Source: an uncultured SAR116 cluster alpha proteobacterium (GTDB lineage Bacteria > Pseudomonadota > Alphaproteobacteria > Puniceispirillales > Marisalimonadaceae). From it: a stretch of DNA of 64,000 bases. Numbering within the stretch: the first letter of the stretch is position 1; each line of letters starts with the position of its first letter. A program made the translations under genes and the position numbers. The notes beneath the pieces are model-generated. The model was not told the DNA's origin, made no database searches, and saw only the letters and a list, made by a program, of their open reading frames with translations. The stretch covers positions 5,500-69,499 of the forward strand of contig CACHEH010000005.1 in assembly GCA_902578805.1 (NCBI GenBank), given 5' to 3'. Below, one piece after another: positions 1 through 9,882 of this stretch.

Positions 1-228
1 CCTGATTTAATTGTCCATGGTCCCTTACAAGCTACTTTTTTATTAAGAGCGGCCGAAAAACTAAAAGGTAAAACGGTAACCTCTTTCAATCATAAAGTTA
101 TGGCTCCTGTTTTTGCAAACAGTGACTATATAATTGGTGCTAAAGAAAACACTGATGGAAGTGTAAGTTGTTGGGGTGCTGTAAAAGGTTCAGGAATGAC
201 CATGCAAGCTGAAGCATATTTCGAGTAG
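1..228 (+). CDS. C-terminal fragment of a double-hotdog hydratase (itaconyl-CoA / mesaconyl-C4-CoA hydratase, HTD2-like), truncated by window edge
   Basis: Frame 1 translated by hand: PDLIVHGPLQATFLL...MQAEAYFE*, stop TAG ends at 228; the P-x-L-x-V-H-G-P-L motif is typical of this family; directly upstream of prpD-like, CoA-transferase and lyase genes. Confidence 0.75.
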   Translation, partial: PDLIVHGPLQATFLLRAAEKLKGKTVTSFNHKVMAPVFANSDYIIGAKENTDGSVSCWGAVKGSGMTMQAEAYFE

Positions 229-249
229 TTTTAAGAGAAAGGATAGATT

Positions 250-1569
250 ATGTCGATTACAAAGTTATTTGGTAGCTATGGATTTAACACTAAATTAGAT
301 AGTTTTAATGATGAAATGAAGTTTTTTGCAAAGATGTCTATACTAGATTGGTGTGGTGTCGCTTATGCAGCTAAACAGGAACCAGTTTCCAAAATTGTTT
401 CTGAAATGGTAAAAGAGGAAAATGGCGTTAATCAAGCAAGGGTAATTTTAACTGGTGATGGAGTTTCTTCACGAGGTGCAGCTTTAGCCAATGGAGCTAC
501 TGGTCATGCACTAGATTATGATGACACGCACTTTCTTTTTGTTGGGCATCCCACAGCCAGTGCTTTGCCAACTGCTTTAGCTTTGGGTGAAGAATTAGAA
601 TTATCTATAGATAATTTATTGCTCGCATATATGACTGGAGTTGAAGTGTCCACAAGGATTGGTCATATCTTAGGCTATTCTCATTATAACGCTGGTTTCC
701 ATCAAACTGCTACTAGTGGGTCATTTGGTGCAACAGTTGTGGCATCAAAATTACTAAAACTGAATGAGGCCCAAACAATAAATGCTCTTGGCTTGGTCTC
801 TACAAGAGCATCTGGAATTAAATCCCAATTTGGTACTATGGGTAAGCCATTTCATGCAGGAATGGCTGCATCGAATGGTATTGAGGCTGCTAAATTATCT
901 AAACTTGGATTTGTATCAAGAGAAGATGGCATTGAATGTGATCAAGGTTTCTTTCTAACTCATGGTTGGGATAAAAAAACTCCATCGAGAGCTTTAGACA
1001 ACCTAGGTACTGATTTTCTTTTTCCTGAAATTAAGTATAAATTTCATGCTTGTTGTCATGGTCTTCACTCTTTTTTAGAAGCTCTAGAAGAATTGAAACA
1101 AGAAAATAACTTTAATCCAGAATCAATTGAAGAGATTGCGATTGAAACTAATCCTTCGTGGCTCAAAGTGTGTAACATTCAAGAACCTAAAACTGGTCTA
1201 GAATCAAAATTCTCTTATAAATTAACAGCTGCCATGTCAATTTATGGTAAAGACACAGCTGATTTGGGCACTTACAACGATGATATTTGTTTTGATGATA
1301 AAATGAATAATATTAGGGATAAGGTAAAGGTTATACCTAACGATCAATTGAGCAATACTCAGTCTTTAATTTCTATTAAAGATGGTTCTAGGGATATTAA
1401 AAACAAACACGACTTATCTGATAAGATTGATCAAAATATTTTAGAAACTAAAATTGTTAATAAATCTGCTTCGTTACTATCCAAAAATAAATCTCATGAA
1501 ATTTCTAAAATGTTAAATGCACCCTCTGAAAGTAAAGTTTCTTCTCTAGTAGATTGTTTGGTTAGCTAA
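250..1569 (+). CDS. MmgE/PrpD family protein
   Basis: ANGATGHALDYDDTH, GFHQT, KPFHAG and KFHACC motifs; stop overlaps next start (TAATG). Confidence 0.9.
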   Translation: MSITKLFGSYGFNTKLDSFNDEMKFFAKMSILDWCGVAYAAKQEPVSKIVSEMVKEENGVNQARVILTGDGVSSRGAALANGATGHALDYDDTHFLFVGHPTASALPTALALGEELELSIDNLLLAYMTGVEVSTRIGHILGYSHYNAGFHQTATSGSFGATVVASKLLKLNEAQTINALGLVSTRASGIKSQFGTMGKPFHAGMAASNGIEAAKLSKLGFVSREDGIECDQGFFLTHGWDKKTPSRALDNLGTDFLFPEIKYKFHACCHGLHSFLEALEELKQENNFNPESIEEIAIETNPSWLKVCNIQEPKTGLESKFSYKLTAAMSIYGKDTADLGTYNDDICFDDKMNNIRDKVKVIPNDQLSNTQSLISIKDGSRDIKNKHDLSDKIDQNILETKIVNKSASLLSKNKSHEISKMLNAPSESKVSSLVDCLVS

Positions 1570-2726
1570 TGGAAAAACAAAATTCTGGAAAGGATTTAGA
1601 GGGTTTATTAGTTGTGACAGTTGAGCAGGCTGTAGCAGCCCCTTACACATCTTGTAGGCTAGCAGATGCAGGTGCAAGGGTTATAAAAATTGAGAGACCC
1701 GAGGGTGATTTTGCAAGAAACTACGATAGTAACGCACTTGGTAACAGTGCTTATTTTGTATGGTTGAATAGAGGCAAAGAGTCAATTTCTCTTGATCTAA
1801 AAAATACTGAAGATTTTAAAATTTTTGAAAATATTATTTCAAAATCTGATATTTTAATTCAAAATTTAGCACCAGGTGCATTTGACCGCCTTGGTCTGGA
1901 TTTAAATGAATTGAGAAAAAAATATCCATCTTTAATTACATGTTATATTTCCGGGTTTGGAGACGAAGGTCCATATAAAAATCAAAAAGCTTATGATATG
2001 TTAATCCAAGCTGAAACTGGCGTTATTGATATAACTGGCCTTCCAGATAAAAATGGGATTGATGGAAGAGCAAAGGTTGGGCCATCAGTCTGTGATATTT
2101 CTGCAGGAATGACAGCTTATCAAGCAATTTTGCAAGCCCTTATCAAAAGAAGTATAAGCGGAAAAGGCAGACACATATCAGTGTCCATGTTTAACTCGCT
2201 CGCAGATTGGATGAACCCTTTTTATCTTGGTTATGTTTATAATAAAAAAATTCCAAAAAGAAACGGTATGACCCACCCAATAATTGTTCCTTATGGAGCA
2301 TATAATTGCAAAGATAATTTGACTATTTTAATTGCCATACAAAATGATCGTGAATGGGTGAAATTATGTAAATTTGTACTAGACGACGAAAGTATGGTTA
2401 ATGACACTCGCTTTAAAACCAACTCAGACCGTGAAGCTAACCGAGAATTAACAGAAAAAATTATTCAAAAAAAATTTATTACTTTTGAACGTGAGGAGTT
2501 AATTGAAAAACTTGAAAAAGCAAGCATTGCTTATGGAAGAATTTCTGATATGGAACAATTGAAAAACCATCCTCAAAATAATTTTTTAGAAATTGAAACT
2601 AAAAACGGCAAAGTTAAAGTTTTAGGTCCAGGCGCAATTCATGACAATTTTATACCAGAAGTAAATAAAATGCCTGAATTAGATGAACATGGGGAAAAAA
2701 TTAGAGCTGAATTTAGTTCTTTATAA
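1569..2726 (+). CDS. Class III CoA-transferase (CaiB/BaiF), itaconate CoA-transferase-like
   Basis: EQAVAAP, LADAGARVIKIERPEGDFAR, WLNRGKES, AYDMLIQAE motifs. Confidence 0.9.
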   Translation: MEKQNSGKDLEGLLVVTVEQAVAAPYTSCRLADAGARVIKIERPEGDFARNYDSNALGNSAYFVWLNRGKESISLDLKNTEDFKIFENIISKSDILIQNLAPGAFDRLGLDLNELRKKYPSLITCYISGFGDEGPYKNQKAYDMLIQAETGVIDITGLPDKNGIDGRAKVGPSVCDISAGMTAYQAILQALIKRSISGKGRHISVSMFNSLADWMNPFYLGYVYNKKIPKRNGMTHPIIVPYGAYNCKDNLTILIAIQNDREWVKLCKFVLDDESMVNDTRFKTNSDREANRELTEKIIQKKFITFEREELIEKLEKASIAYGRISDMEQLKNHPQNNFLEIETKNGKVKVLGPGAIHDNFIPEVNKMPELDEHGEKIRAEFSSL

Positions 2727-2742
2727 AAAATAGGAGATAAGT

Positions 2743-3555
2743 TTGAGAAGTATTTTATTTTTACCAACGGATAAAATTGAAAGGTTACCTAAAGCAATAG
2801 GATCTGGAGCGGATAAAGTTATTTTTGATCTTGAAGATGGTTTAGCCCATGATAAGAAAGCTATTGGACGATCTAATTTTGCTGATTTAGCAAATAGAAA
2901 TTATGATGGTCAATCAGATATGCTATTATTGCGTATTAATGCTTTAGATACTCAAGAATATCAAGAAGATATAAAATTGTTAAGGTCTCTGTCTTCTCTT
3001 CCTTACTCTATAGCTATTCCTAAAATTGAATCTGCTGATGAATGTAGAACATTTTTAAAAGATCTTGGAACTGATATTTCAGTTTTACCTCAAATTGAAA
3101 CGCCGCGGGGTATAGCAAATATCGAAAGTTGGGATTGTTCAAATATAAAGTTTTCTGGGATTGGATTTGGGTCAGCAGATTATTGTGCATCGACTGGTGG
3201 TGACATGGGCAAAGCTAGTTTAGCATATGGAAGGGGTAAAATTATTAACGCTGCGGCATTATACAACACAATTGCTCTTGACGGTGTCTGGTTAGACTTC
3301 AGAGACCCTGAAGGATGTAAAGAAGAGACATTATATATCAAAACCATGGGTTTCAAAGGACGTTTTGCTATACATCCAGATCAGATTAAGCCAATTCATG
3401 ATGCTTATAGACCTACCACTGAAGAACTTAAATGGGCAAAAGGTGTATTAGAGGAAGCCAAAACTGCAGGTTCTGGTGCTTTTAAATATCAAGGTAAAAT
3501 GGTTGATGCACCAGTGTTAGCAGTTGCAAGACTGATTATATCAAGGGAGGATTAA
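2743..3555 (+). CDS. CitE/HpcH family acyl-CoA lyase (citramalyl-CoA/citryl-CoA lyase-like)
   Basis: RSILFLP, DLEDG, LRIN, IETPRG, GFKGRFAIHPDQI, GKMVDAP motifs; TTG start with GGAG RBS. Confidence 0.88.
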   Translation: MRSILFLPTDKIERLPKAIGSGADKVIFDLEDGLAHDKKAIGRSNFADLANRNYDGQSDMLLLRINALDTQEYQEDIKLLRSLSSLPYSIAIPKIESADECRTFLKDLGTDISVLPQIETPRGIANIESWDCSNIKFSGIGFGSADYCASTGGDMGKASLAYGRGKIINAAALYNTIALDGVWLDFRDPEGCKEETLYIKTMGFKGRFAIHPDQIKPIHDAYRPTTEELKWAKGVLEEAKTAGSGAFKYQGKMVDAPVLAVARLIISRED

Positions 3556-4095
3556 ATGGATGAAAATTCGTACGGAATAAAAAAAATAGGACCTCAAAGA
3601 TATAGAGAAGATCCAGGTAGATATTTTGAAGATTTTCAAATAGGAGATGTTTATGAGCATTGGCCTGGTAGAACAGTAAGCGAAGCTGATAACATATGGT
3701 TTACAAATTTAACAATGAACACTCACCCAATTCACTTTGATGCAAATTATGCTTCTAAATCTGAGTTTGGAAAATATTTGGTAAATTCTGCATTTACTCT
3801 AGCTCTTGTAACAGGGATGTGTGTAAGTGGTACTAGTCAAAAAGCAATAGCTAACTTGGGATGGGAAGAAATAAAAATACCCGCACCAGTGTTTGTTGGT
3901 GATACATTATATTCTGAAACTGAAGTTTTAGATAAAAGAGAATCAAAATCAAGACCTACACAAGGAATTGTTAAGGTAAGACATATTGGTAAAAATCAAG
4001 ACAAAGTTGTTGTAATGGATATGGTAAGATCTTTCCTGGTTGCAAAACGTGGGCATAGTGTGGTTGACGAAATTATTAAAGAAGCAGCTAATTAG
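3556..4095 (+). CDS. MaoC family dehydratase, RipB/itaconyl-CoA hydratase-like
   Basis: GRYFEDF-x-x-GDVYEHWPGRT, TMNTHPIHFD, SQKAIANLGW, KRESKSRP motifs recalled from the Yersinia RipB-type subfamily. Confidence 0.85.
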   Translation: MDENSYGIKKIGPQRYREDPGRYFEDFQIGDVYEHWPGRTVSEADNIWFTNLTMNTHPIHFDANYASKSEFGKYLVNSAFTLALVTGMCVSGTSQKAIANLGWEEIKIPAPVFVGDTLYSETEVLDKRESKSRPTQGIVKVRHIGKNQDKVVVMDMVRSFLVAKRGHSVVDEIIKEAAN

Positions 4096-4106
4096 AGAAT
4101 AATACA

Positions 4107-5312
4107 ATGGATTTACCTTTATCAGGTGTAAGAGTAATTGCTTTTGAGCAATATGGGGCGGGACCATTTGGTACTCAATATTTAGCTGATTTAGGAGCAG
4201 AGGTAATTAAAATTGAACCAGCAGGTACAAGTGGTGATTATTTAAGAGCAATTGGTCCTTATTTTATCGATGGTGAAGACAGAAATTCAGCTTCAAGTAT
4301 TTTTTTTCAAGCTCTTAATAGAAATAAAAAAAGCATAACTTTAGACATATTGTCTAATGATGGAAAAATTATTCTGCAAAAATTAATTGAGAATGCTGAG
4401 GCAGTTTCTAACAATTTAAGAGGAGATGTTCCTGAAAAACTTGGAATAACCTATGATCAGCTAAAGAAATATAATAAAGCAATTGTCTCAGCGCATTGTT
4501 CTGCGTATGGCAGAGAAGGGCCAAGAAAAAATTGGCCAGGATATGATTATCTAATGCAAGCAGAAGCTGGTTATTTTTCGCTTACAGGCGAGCCTGATGG
4601 TCCTCCCTCAAGATTTGGACTTTCAGTTGTAGATTATATGTCTGGACTTACTATGTCATTTGGGCTCGTAAGTGCGATATTGTCTGCCAGGGCCACAGGT
4701 GTTGGAAGAGATGTAGATGTTAATTTGTTTGATACGGCTATGTTTAATCAAAGTTATATGGCGGCTTGGACACTAAACACTGATTTTAAAAGTGAGAGAT
4801 TAGACCGGTCTGCTCATCCGATTTTAGTTCCATGTCAATTATATAAAACTAAAGATGGATGGATATTTTTGATGTGTAATAAAGAGAGCTTTTGGCCTGT
4901 ATTATGTAAAAAACTAGATAGGGAAGATCTAATTGATAATTCAAAGTTTGTTAATTTTTCGTCTAGGCAAAAATATAGAGACGAAATAACTAGAATTCTT
5001 GACGAAGAATTAATGAAAAAAAACACATCTGAGTGGCTAGATGAGTTTGGTGGAATAGTTCCAGCTGCTCCAATTTTAAATTTAAAGGAGTCCCTAGAAA
5101 ACCCATTTTTAAAAGATAGAAAAAATATCCAAAAATTAAAAACAAAAAGGGGGGGTGATATCAGTTTATTGAAAACGCCTGTACATTTGACAGATAGCAA
5201 CTTTCAAGATAGAACTGCCCCTGAACTTGGTGAAGATACAGATGATGTGCTTAAAGGGATCGGTTTTACTGGTGAACAAATAAGCACTTTCAGAAACAAA
5301 GGTATAATCTAA
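4107..5312 (+). CDS. Class III CoA-transferase (CaiB/BaiF), second paralog
   Basis: EQYGAGPFGT, LADLGAEVIKIE, LNRNKKS, GYDYLMQAE, APELGEDT motifs. Confidence 0.9.
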   Translation: MDLPLSGVRVIAFEQYGAGPFGTQYLADLGAEVIKIEPAGTSGDYLRAIGPYFIDGEDRNSASSIFFQALNRNKKSITLDILSNDGKIILQKLIENAEAVSNNLRGDVPEKLGITYDQLKKYNKAIVSAHCSAYGREGPRKNWPGYDYLMQAEAGYFSLTGEPDGPPSRFGLSVVDYMSGLTMSFGLVSAILSARATGVGRDVDVNLFDTAMFNQSYMAAWTLNTDFKSERLDRSAHPILVPCQLYKTKDGWIFLMCNKESFWPVLCKKLDREDLIDNSKFVNFSSRQKYRDEITRILDEELMKKNTSEWLDEFGGIVPAAPILNLKESLENPFLKDRKNIQKLKTKRGGDISLLKTPVHLTDSNFQDRTAPELGEDTDDVLKGIGFTGEQISTFRNKGII

Positions 5313-5421
5313 ATAAAATTACATAACATATTAACTAATTAATCGGTTTTATTGCAATTAAGGGTTTACCTGAAAAGCATATCGTTATAGTTTGTGATTC
5401 TATATATTTGGAGGAAATTTA

Positions 5422-6591
5422 ATGAAATTAAATAAACTATCATTGTTAGGTGCGGCTGGCGCTGTTGCTCTAACTTTTGCAGCTGGAACAAATTTAGCTT
5501 TAGCTGATGGGCATGCTGTAAAACCTATTAAAATGCGTTGGGCTTCTGACCACTCTGGTCCGCCACATCCTGCAGCTATCGCAGAAATGTTTTTTGCAGA
5601 GCAGGTTGAGAAGAAAATTCCTGGAAGTAAAGTTCAGATCTATTGGGCTAAGTCACTTTATAACGTTCCAAAAGGAACTCAAGCTCTCACAAAAGGTAAT
5701 CTTGAGATGATGACTGGTCAATTTGGTAAAACTTCAAGTGTTGAGCCCTATGCTAATACCATTGTTGGTGCTGGAAAATTAACATCTCCTGGTGCTATCA
5801 ACGGACTTGATGGAACAAAAACTTTTGCTCAATTAAAGAAAGTTTTTAATGACAAGCATGGTATAACTATTTTTGGTTCTGGTCACTTAAGTATGTACAT
5901 GGGTGCTGGTGCTGTTAAAAGTAGAATGTTAGTTCCTGCTGACTTTGCCGGTAAAAAGGTTAGAAGTATGGGACCTGCTGAAAATGCATTGTTAGGAGCT
6001 TTAGGTGCAAACCCGACTACAATGGCTTTTGGTGATGTTCCGCCAGCTCTTCAAACAGGAGTTATTGATGGATTGCTAACTAGTTTAGGTGGATTTAATG
6101 CTACTAAAGAACAAGCTCCATATTTCACAGTTGCTGGAATTAATGGTATTGTTGGTGATTACTACTGGATTGGTGCATCAAACAAATGGTGGGCTACTCT
6201 TGATAAAAAACAACAGGCAGCTCTAACTGATATTATTATGAATGATTTTATTCCTTATCAAAAGGCTATTAACTTTTGTAATGATAAAAGATTAGTTGAT
6301 AAGTTTAAGGTAACTGATAAAGGTGCACCTGGAATTTATGTGATGAGCCCTGCAGAAGCTGGAGTTCTTCAAGCAAAAGAGGGTGGTGCAACTAACAACT
6401 GGATTAAATCAAAAGTTGACGATATGGGAGACAAAATGGTTGACCAGTTTACTGCTGAAGCAAAAGCTCTAGTTGCAGCCAATCCAATGGGATCAAGTGA
6501 TTTAGAAAAAACAGATTGTACAGCGTTTGCTTCCGACTTTGCTAAATTTGCAAAAGGAACAGCTTTATACAAGAAAAAGTCAAGAAAATAA
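5422..6591 (+). CDS. dctP: TRAP transporter substrate-binding protein (DctP family)
   Basis: Signal peptide ending ALA-D; DFAGKKVRS and ALQTGVIDG motifs; GGAGG RBS; followed by dctQ/dctM. Confidence 0.85.
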   Translation: MKLNKLSLLGAAGAVALTFAAGTNLALADGHAVKPIKMRWASDHSGPPHPAAIAEMFFAEQVEKKIPGSKVQIYWAKSLYNVPKGTQALTKGNLEMMTGQFGKTSSVEPYANTIVGAGKLTSPGAINGLDGTKTFAQLKKVFNDKHGITIFGSGHLSMYMGAGAVKSRMLVPADFAGKKVRSMGPAENALLGALGANPTTMAFGDVPPALQTGVIDGLLTSLGGFNATKEQAPYFTVAGINGIVGDYYWIGASNKWWATLDKKQQAALTDIIMNDFIPYQKAINFCNDKRLVDKFKVTDKGAPGIYVMSPAEAGVLQAKEGGATNNWIKSKVDDMGDKMVDQFTAEAKALVAANPMGSSDLEKTDCTAFASDFAKFAKGTALYKKKSRK

Positions 6592-6600
6592 ATCAATTTA

Positions 6601-6630
6601 AAAGGGCCTGGCTTATGTCAGGCCTTTTTT
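6601..6630 (+). terminator. Intrinsic terminator / stabilising hairpin after dctP
   Basis: GGCCTGGC-TTAT-GTCAGGCC stem (one G-U pair) followed by T run. Confidence 0.75.
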
Positions 6631-6636
6631 ATTTAA

Positions 6637-7197
6637 ATGATTATCATGGATAATTTTTACAAAATCTCAAACAAAATTCAGTCTTCCATCACAGCTGTAT
6701 TAGGTAAGTGTTCTGCCTTCCTAATGATAGCTGTCACACTCTTTGCGTTAGCTGAAATTATTAGAAGATATATTTTTGGTGTTGTTTTTGAATGGGGTCA
6801 AGATGCTGTTATTTACATGATGGTCTCTTCAGTTGCCTTTTACATTTGTGTAACACAGATCAATAGGAATCACCTTGTAATGAGTGCTGTTTTACAACTT
6901 TTAAATTCAAAAGGTTTTCACAGAACAGTAGGTTTTTGTAAAATTTTTGTTTCTCTCTTTGTTTCTGTATTTACTGGTTCTTTAACATATACTGCTTATT
7001 CAACGGTTGAATATTCAATACAAATAGGTGAAAGAACTGAGAGTCTATTTTTCTTTATGTGGCCATTTTATTTTATATTAGCTCTGGGTATGGGATTAAT
7101 GTCTTTAGTAGCCTTTCTTCAATTTATTGAAGATATACATAGTTACATAAAGGGTGAGCATTTTACTGCAGAAGTTGAAGCTGCTACTGATGTTTAA
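6637..7197 (+). CDS. dctQ: TRAP transporter small permease
   Basis: About 4 TM segments, EIIRRYIFG...EWGQD pattern, position between dctP and dctM. Confidence 0.85.
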   Translation: MIIMDNFYKISNKIQSSITAVLGKCSAFLMIAVTLFALAEIIRRYIFGVVFEWGQDAVIYMMVSSVAFYICVTQINRNHLVMSAVLQLLNSKGFHRTVGFCKIFVSLFVSVFTGSLTYTAYSTVEYSIQIGERTESLFFFMWPFYFILALGMGLMSLVAFLQFIEDIHSYIKGEHFTAEVEAATDV

Positions 7198-7221
7198 TAC
7201 TAATAATACAGGAAATGTATA

Positions 7222-8505
7222 ATGGGGGCTTTAGGAGGATCTTTATTTAGTCTATTATTTGCTGGCGCCCCAATAGGTATAGCTCTAGCAGGTGCTACAG
7301 GTCTTCTTGTACTGTTTGACGATTTTTTAACATATAGTACTTTGTTCGAAGCTTTTTTTAGTTTTCTTACTAAATATACATTAGTAGCAATTCCATTTTT
7401 TATATTTGCTGGTTTTTTAATGGAAAAAACTGGTTTAGTTGCAAGTCTTTTTAAATTTGCTGACTCAATAGTGGGATGGGTTCCAGGTGGCTTTGCTTAT
7501 GCAACATTGCTTGCAGCTGTATTATTTGGTGCAATTTCTGGTTCATCCACAGCAATGGCTGCTGCAATGAGTGTTATAGCTTATCCCGAATTAATTAAAA
7601 GAGGTTATCCAAAATGGATGGCTGCGGGAGTTATTGCCTCCGCAGGAGGTATTGCCCTTCTTATTCCACCAAGTATAACTTTAATTCTTTTTGGTGTAAT
7701 AACAGAAATGTCTATAGTTGATTTATTTTTCGCAGGTATTATTCCTGGATTGATGTTAGCTATGAGTGATGCAGTTATAATTGTTAGTGTGTCACTTTTT
7801 ATTAAATTACCTCGAGGGAAATTTGATTTATGTGAAGTTTGGAGGTGTTTCAAAGAAGCTCTACCTGCTTTGTTAATGCCTGTAATTATTTTAGGTGGTT
7901 TATATGGAGGCTTGTTCACGCCTACTGAAGCAGGTGCTGCCGCTGCTAGTTATGCTCTTTTTTATGGTTTAATCTTTAAAAGAAAAACATTTGCGAAAGA
8001 ATTAATGCCAACAACTTTAAGAACAATGAATCTTACTGCAGTTGTGTTTTTTCTATTGGGTTGTGTTGGTATCTTCCAATTTTATCTTGCAAATATGGGT
8101 TGGCCTCAAATGATTGCTGAATGGGCTGGTGAGTTGGGTCTGAGTAAGATAGGATTTTTATTTGCTCTTATGGGATCGTTATTGTTCTTATCCATGTTTC
8201 TCACAGGTGTAGCTATTTTAGTTTTAACTGTACCTATATATTTTCCTGTTGCTTTGGCTCTTGGAGTGGATCCGATTCATTTAGGGATTTTAACTGCATT
8301 ATGTATAGAGATAGGCAGTGTTATACCACCTGTTGGTTTAAATTTATTTGCTGTCAGTGGGGTAACAGGGTTACCAGTTACAACTGTTATAAAAGGATCA
8401 TTTCCATTTTGTATTTCTGACACAGTTGTATTAATAATAGTGCTTCTATTCCCAGCTTTAGCACTTACACTTCCAGAACTATTAGTTGAATCTCACTTTA
8501 ATTAG
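7222..8505 (+). CDS. dctM: TRAP transporter large permease
   Basis: AIPFFIFAG, FGAISGSSTA, LIPPSI, FTPTEA, PPVGLNLF motifs. Confidence 0.93.
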   Translation: MGALGGSLFSLLFAGAPIGIALAGATGLLVLFDDFLTYSTLFEAFFSFLTKYTLVAIPFFIFAGFLMEKTGLVASLFKFADSIVGWVPGGFAYATLLAAVLFGAISGSSTAMAAAMSVIAYPELIKRGYPKWMAAGVIASAGGIALLIPPSITLILFGVITEMSIVDLFFAGIIPGLMLAMSDAVIIVSVSLFIKLPRGKFDLCEVWRCFKEALPALLMPVIILGGLYGGLFTPTEAGAAAASYALFYGLIFKRKTFAKELMPTTLRTMNLTAVVFFLLGCVGIFQFYLANMGWPQMIAEWAGELGLSKIGFLFALMGSLLFLSMFLTGVAILVLTVPIYFPVALALGVDPIHLGILTALCIEIGSVIPPVGLNLFAVSGVTGLPVTTVIKGSFPFCISDTVVLIIVLLFPALALTLPELLVESHFN

Positions 8506-9776
8506 AGTTCTAAGAAGCCTTGTGCATAATTAAAAAGTTGATCGTCTTCGCCAAACCTAGCAACAAGTTGACACCCAATTGGTAATTCTTGTTCACCCTT
8601 AAATAGGGGCAGGGTTATACATGGATTTCCATTTAGAGACCACGTTGTATTAAATATTGGTGATCCTGTATATTCCAATCCTTTTAATGCTTCGCCAGGT
8701 GCACTAGGAGTAATTATTAAATCAGTCTTGTCAAATACAGCGTCTATTTGATTTTTTAAAATTGACAAGTCTTTTAAAGCTAACTGGTAATTTTTATTAC
8801 TTACTTGATACCCGTCATTAAGCCTACCGTTCCTTAATTGGTCACTCAATTGGTCATAATAATTGAATCTTTCGTGAGATATTGATCTTTTAAATTCATA
8901 TCCACTTATATCTAAATGAAGTGCATCAGATTTTGAAATAAGGTTATCAATTTCTAAGTCAATTACATTTAATTTATCTGAACGGAGTAAATTAAGAAAA
9001 TTCTCAAAAGCTTCCTTTGTAGAATCATCAGTTTTATCCCAGTGTGGTGTTCTAACAAATCCAATTTTAATTTTGCTTAAATCTACTTTTTGTATTGAAA
9101 CTAATTCTTCTTCGAGAAGGATTGATCGAAAAAGTGCAATATCTTCTACTGACCTAGACATCAATCCTAAAGTATCAATTGATGGAGAATTTGGTAGAAT
9201 GCCTGATTTATCAAAATCACCATAAGATGGTTTATACCCAATAATTCCACAGTAAGCGGCAGGTCTTATTACCGACCCAGTAGTTTGTGTGCCAAAACAA
9301 ACAGGTGTCATCATCGACGCTACAGCTGCAGCCGATCCAGAACTTGAGCCTCCAGGTGTAAAATCTTTATTATGTGGGTTTGTTGTCAATCCAGGAGCTC
9401 TATGTCCTAGTTCAGTAGATACAGTTTTGCCAATAACAATACATCCTGATTGTTTTGCAACAGCTACCGAAGCAGCGTCTCTCATGGGAACATTATTTTG
9501 ATAAAAATTAGTTCCAAATCCAGTTGGTGTATTGTTTGAATCAATTATATCTTTAATTCCAAATGGAATTCCAAGTTGTGATTTTTCATTTTCATTATCT
9601 AACTGCTTAGCTTTTTCTAGAGCTCTATCTTCATCCAAGTATACCCAAGCTTTTACAAGATCTTCTTTTTCACGTATTCTTTCAAAACAACTTTGTACCC
9701 ACTCATACCTTGATAACTTATTGTTACCAATCAGTTTAATTGCATCAGTTGCAGTTAATTCAAAAGGTTTTGTCAC
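8502..9776 (-). CDS. Amidase signature family enzyme (malonamidase E2-like motif)
   Basis: GIKDII, TPGGSSSGSAAAVA, GTQTTGSVIRPAAYCG. Confidence 0.88.
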   Translation of the reverse strand: MTKPFELTATDAIKLIGNNKLSRYEWVQSCFERIREKEDLVKAWVYLDEDRALEKAKQLDNENEKSQLGIPFGIKDIIDSNNTPTGFGTNFYQNNVPMRDAASVAVAKQSGCIVIGKTVSTELGHRAPGLTTNPHNKDFTPGGSSSGSAAAVASMMTPVCFGTQTTGSVIRPAAYCGIIGYKPSYGDFDKSGILPNSPSIDTLGLMSRSVEDIALFRSILLEEELVSIQKVDLSKIKIGFVRTPHWDKTDDSTKEAFENFLNLLRSDKLNVIDLEIDNLISKSDALHLDISGYEFKRSISHERFNYYDQLSDQLRNGRLNDGYQVSNKNYQLALKDLSILKNQIDAVFDKTDLIITPSAPGEALKGLEYTGSPIFNTTWSLNGNPCITLPLFKGEQELPIGCQLVARFGEDDQLFNYAQGFLEL

Positions 9777-9882
9777 GGTGTTTTCTCATATGAATTTAAT
9801 AGGAATATATTAATGGTTATTTTTTAGTTTTGTAAAATTAAATTTTAGTTTAACCTTTTCAATATATACTGAGGAGAAATAC

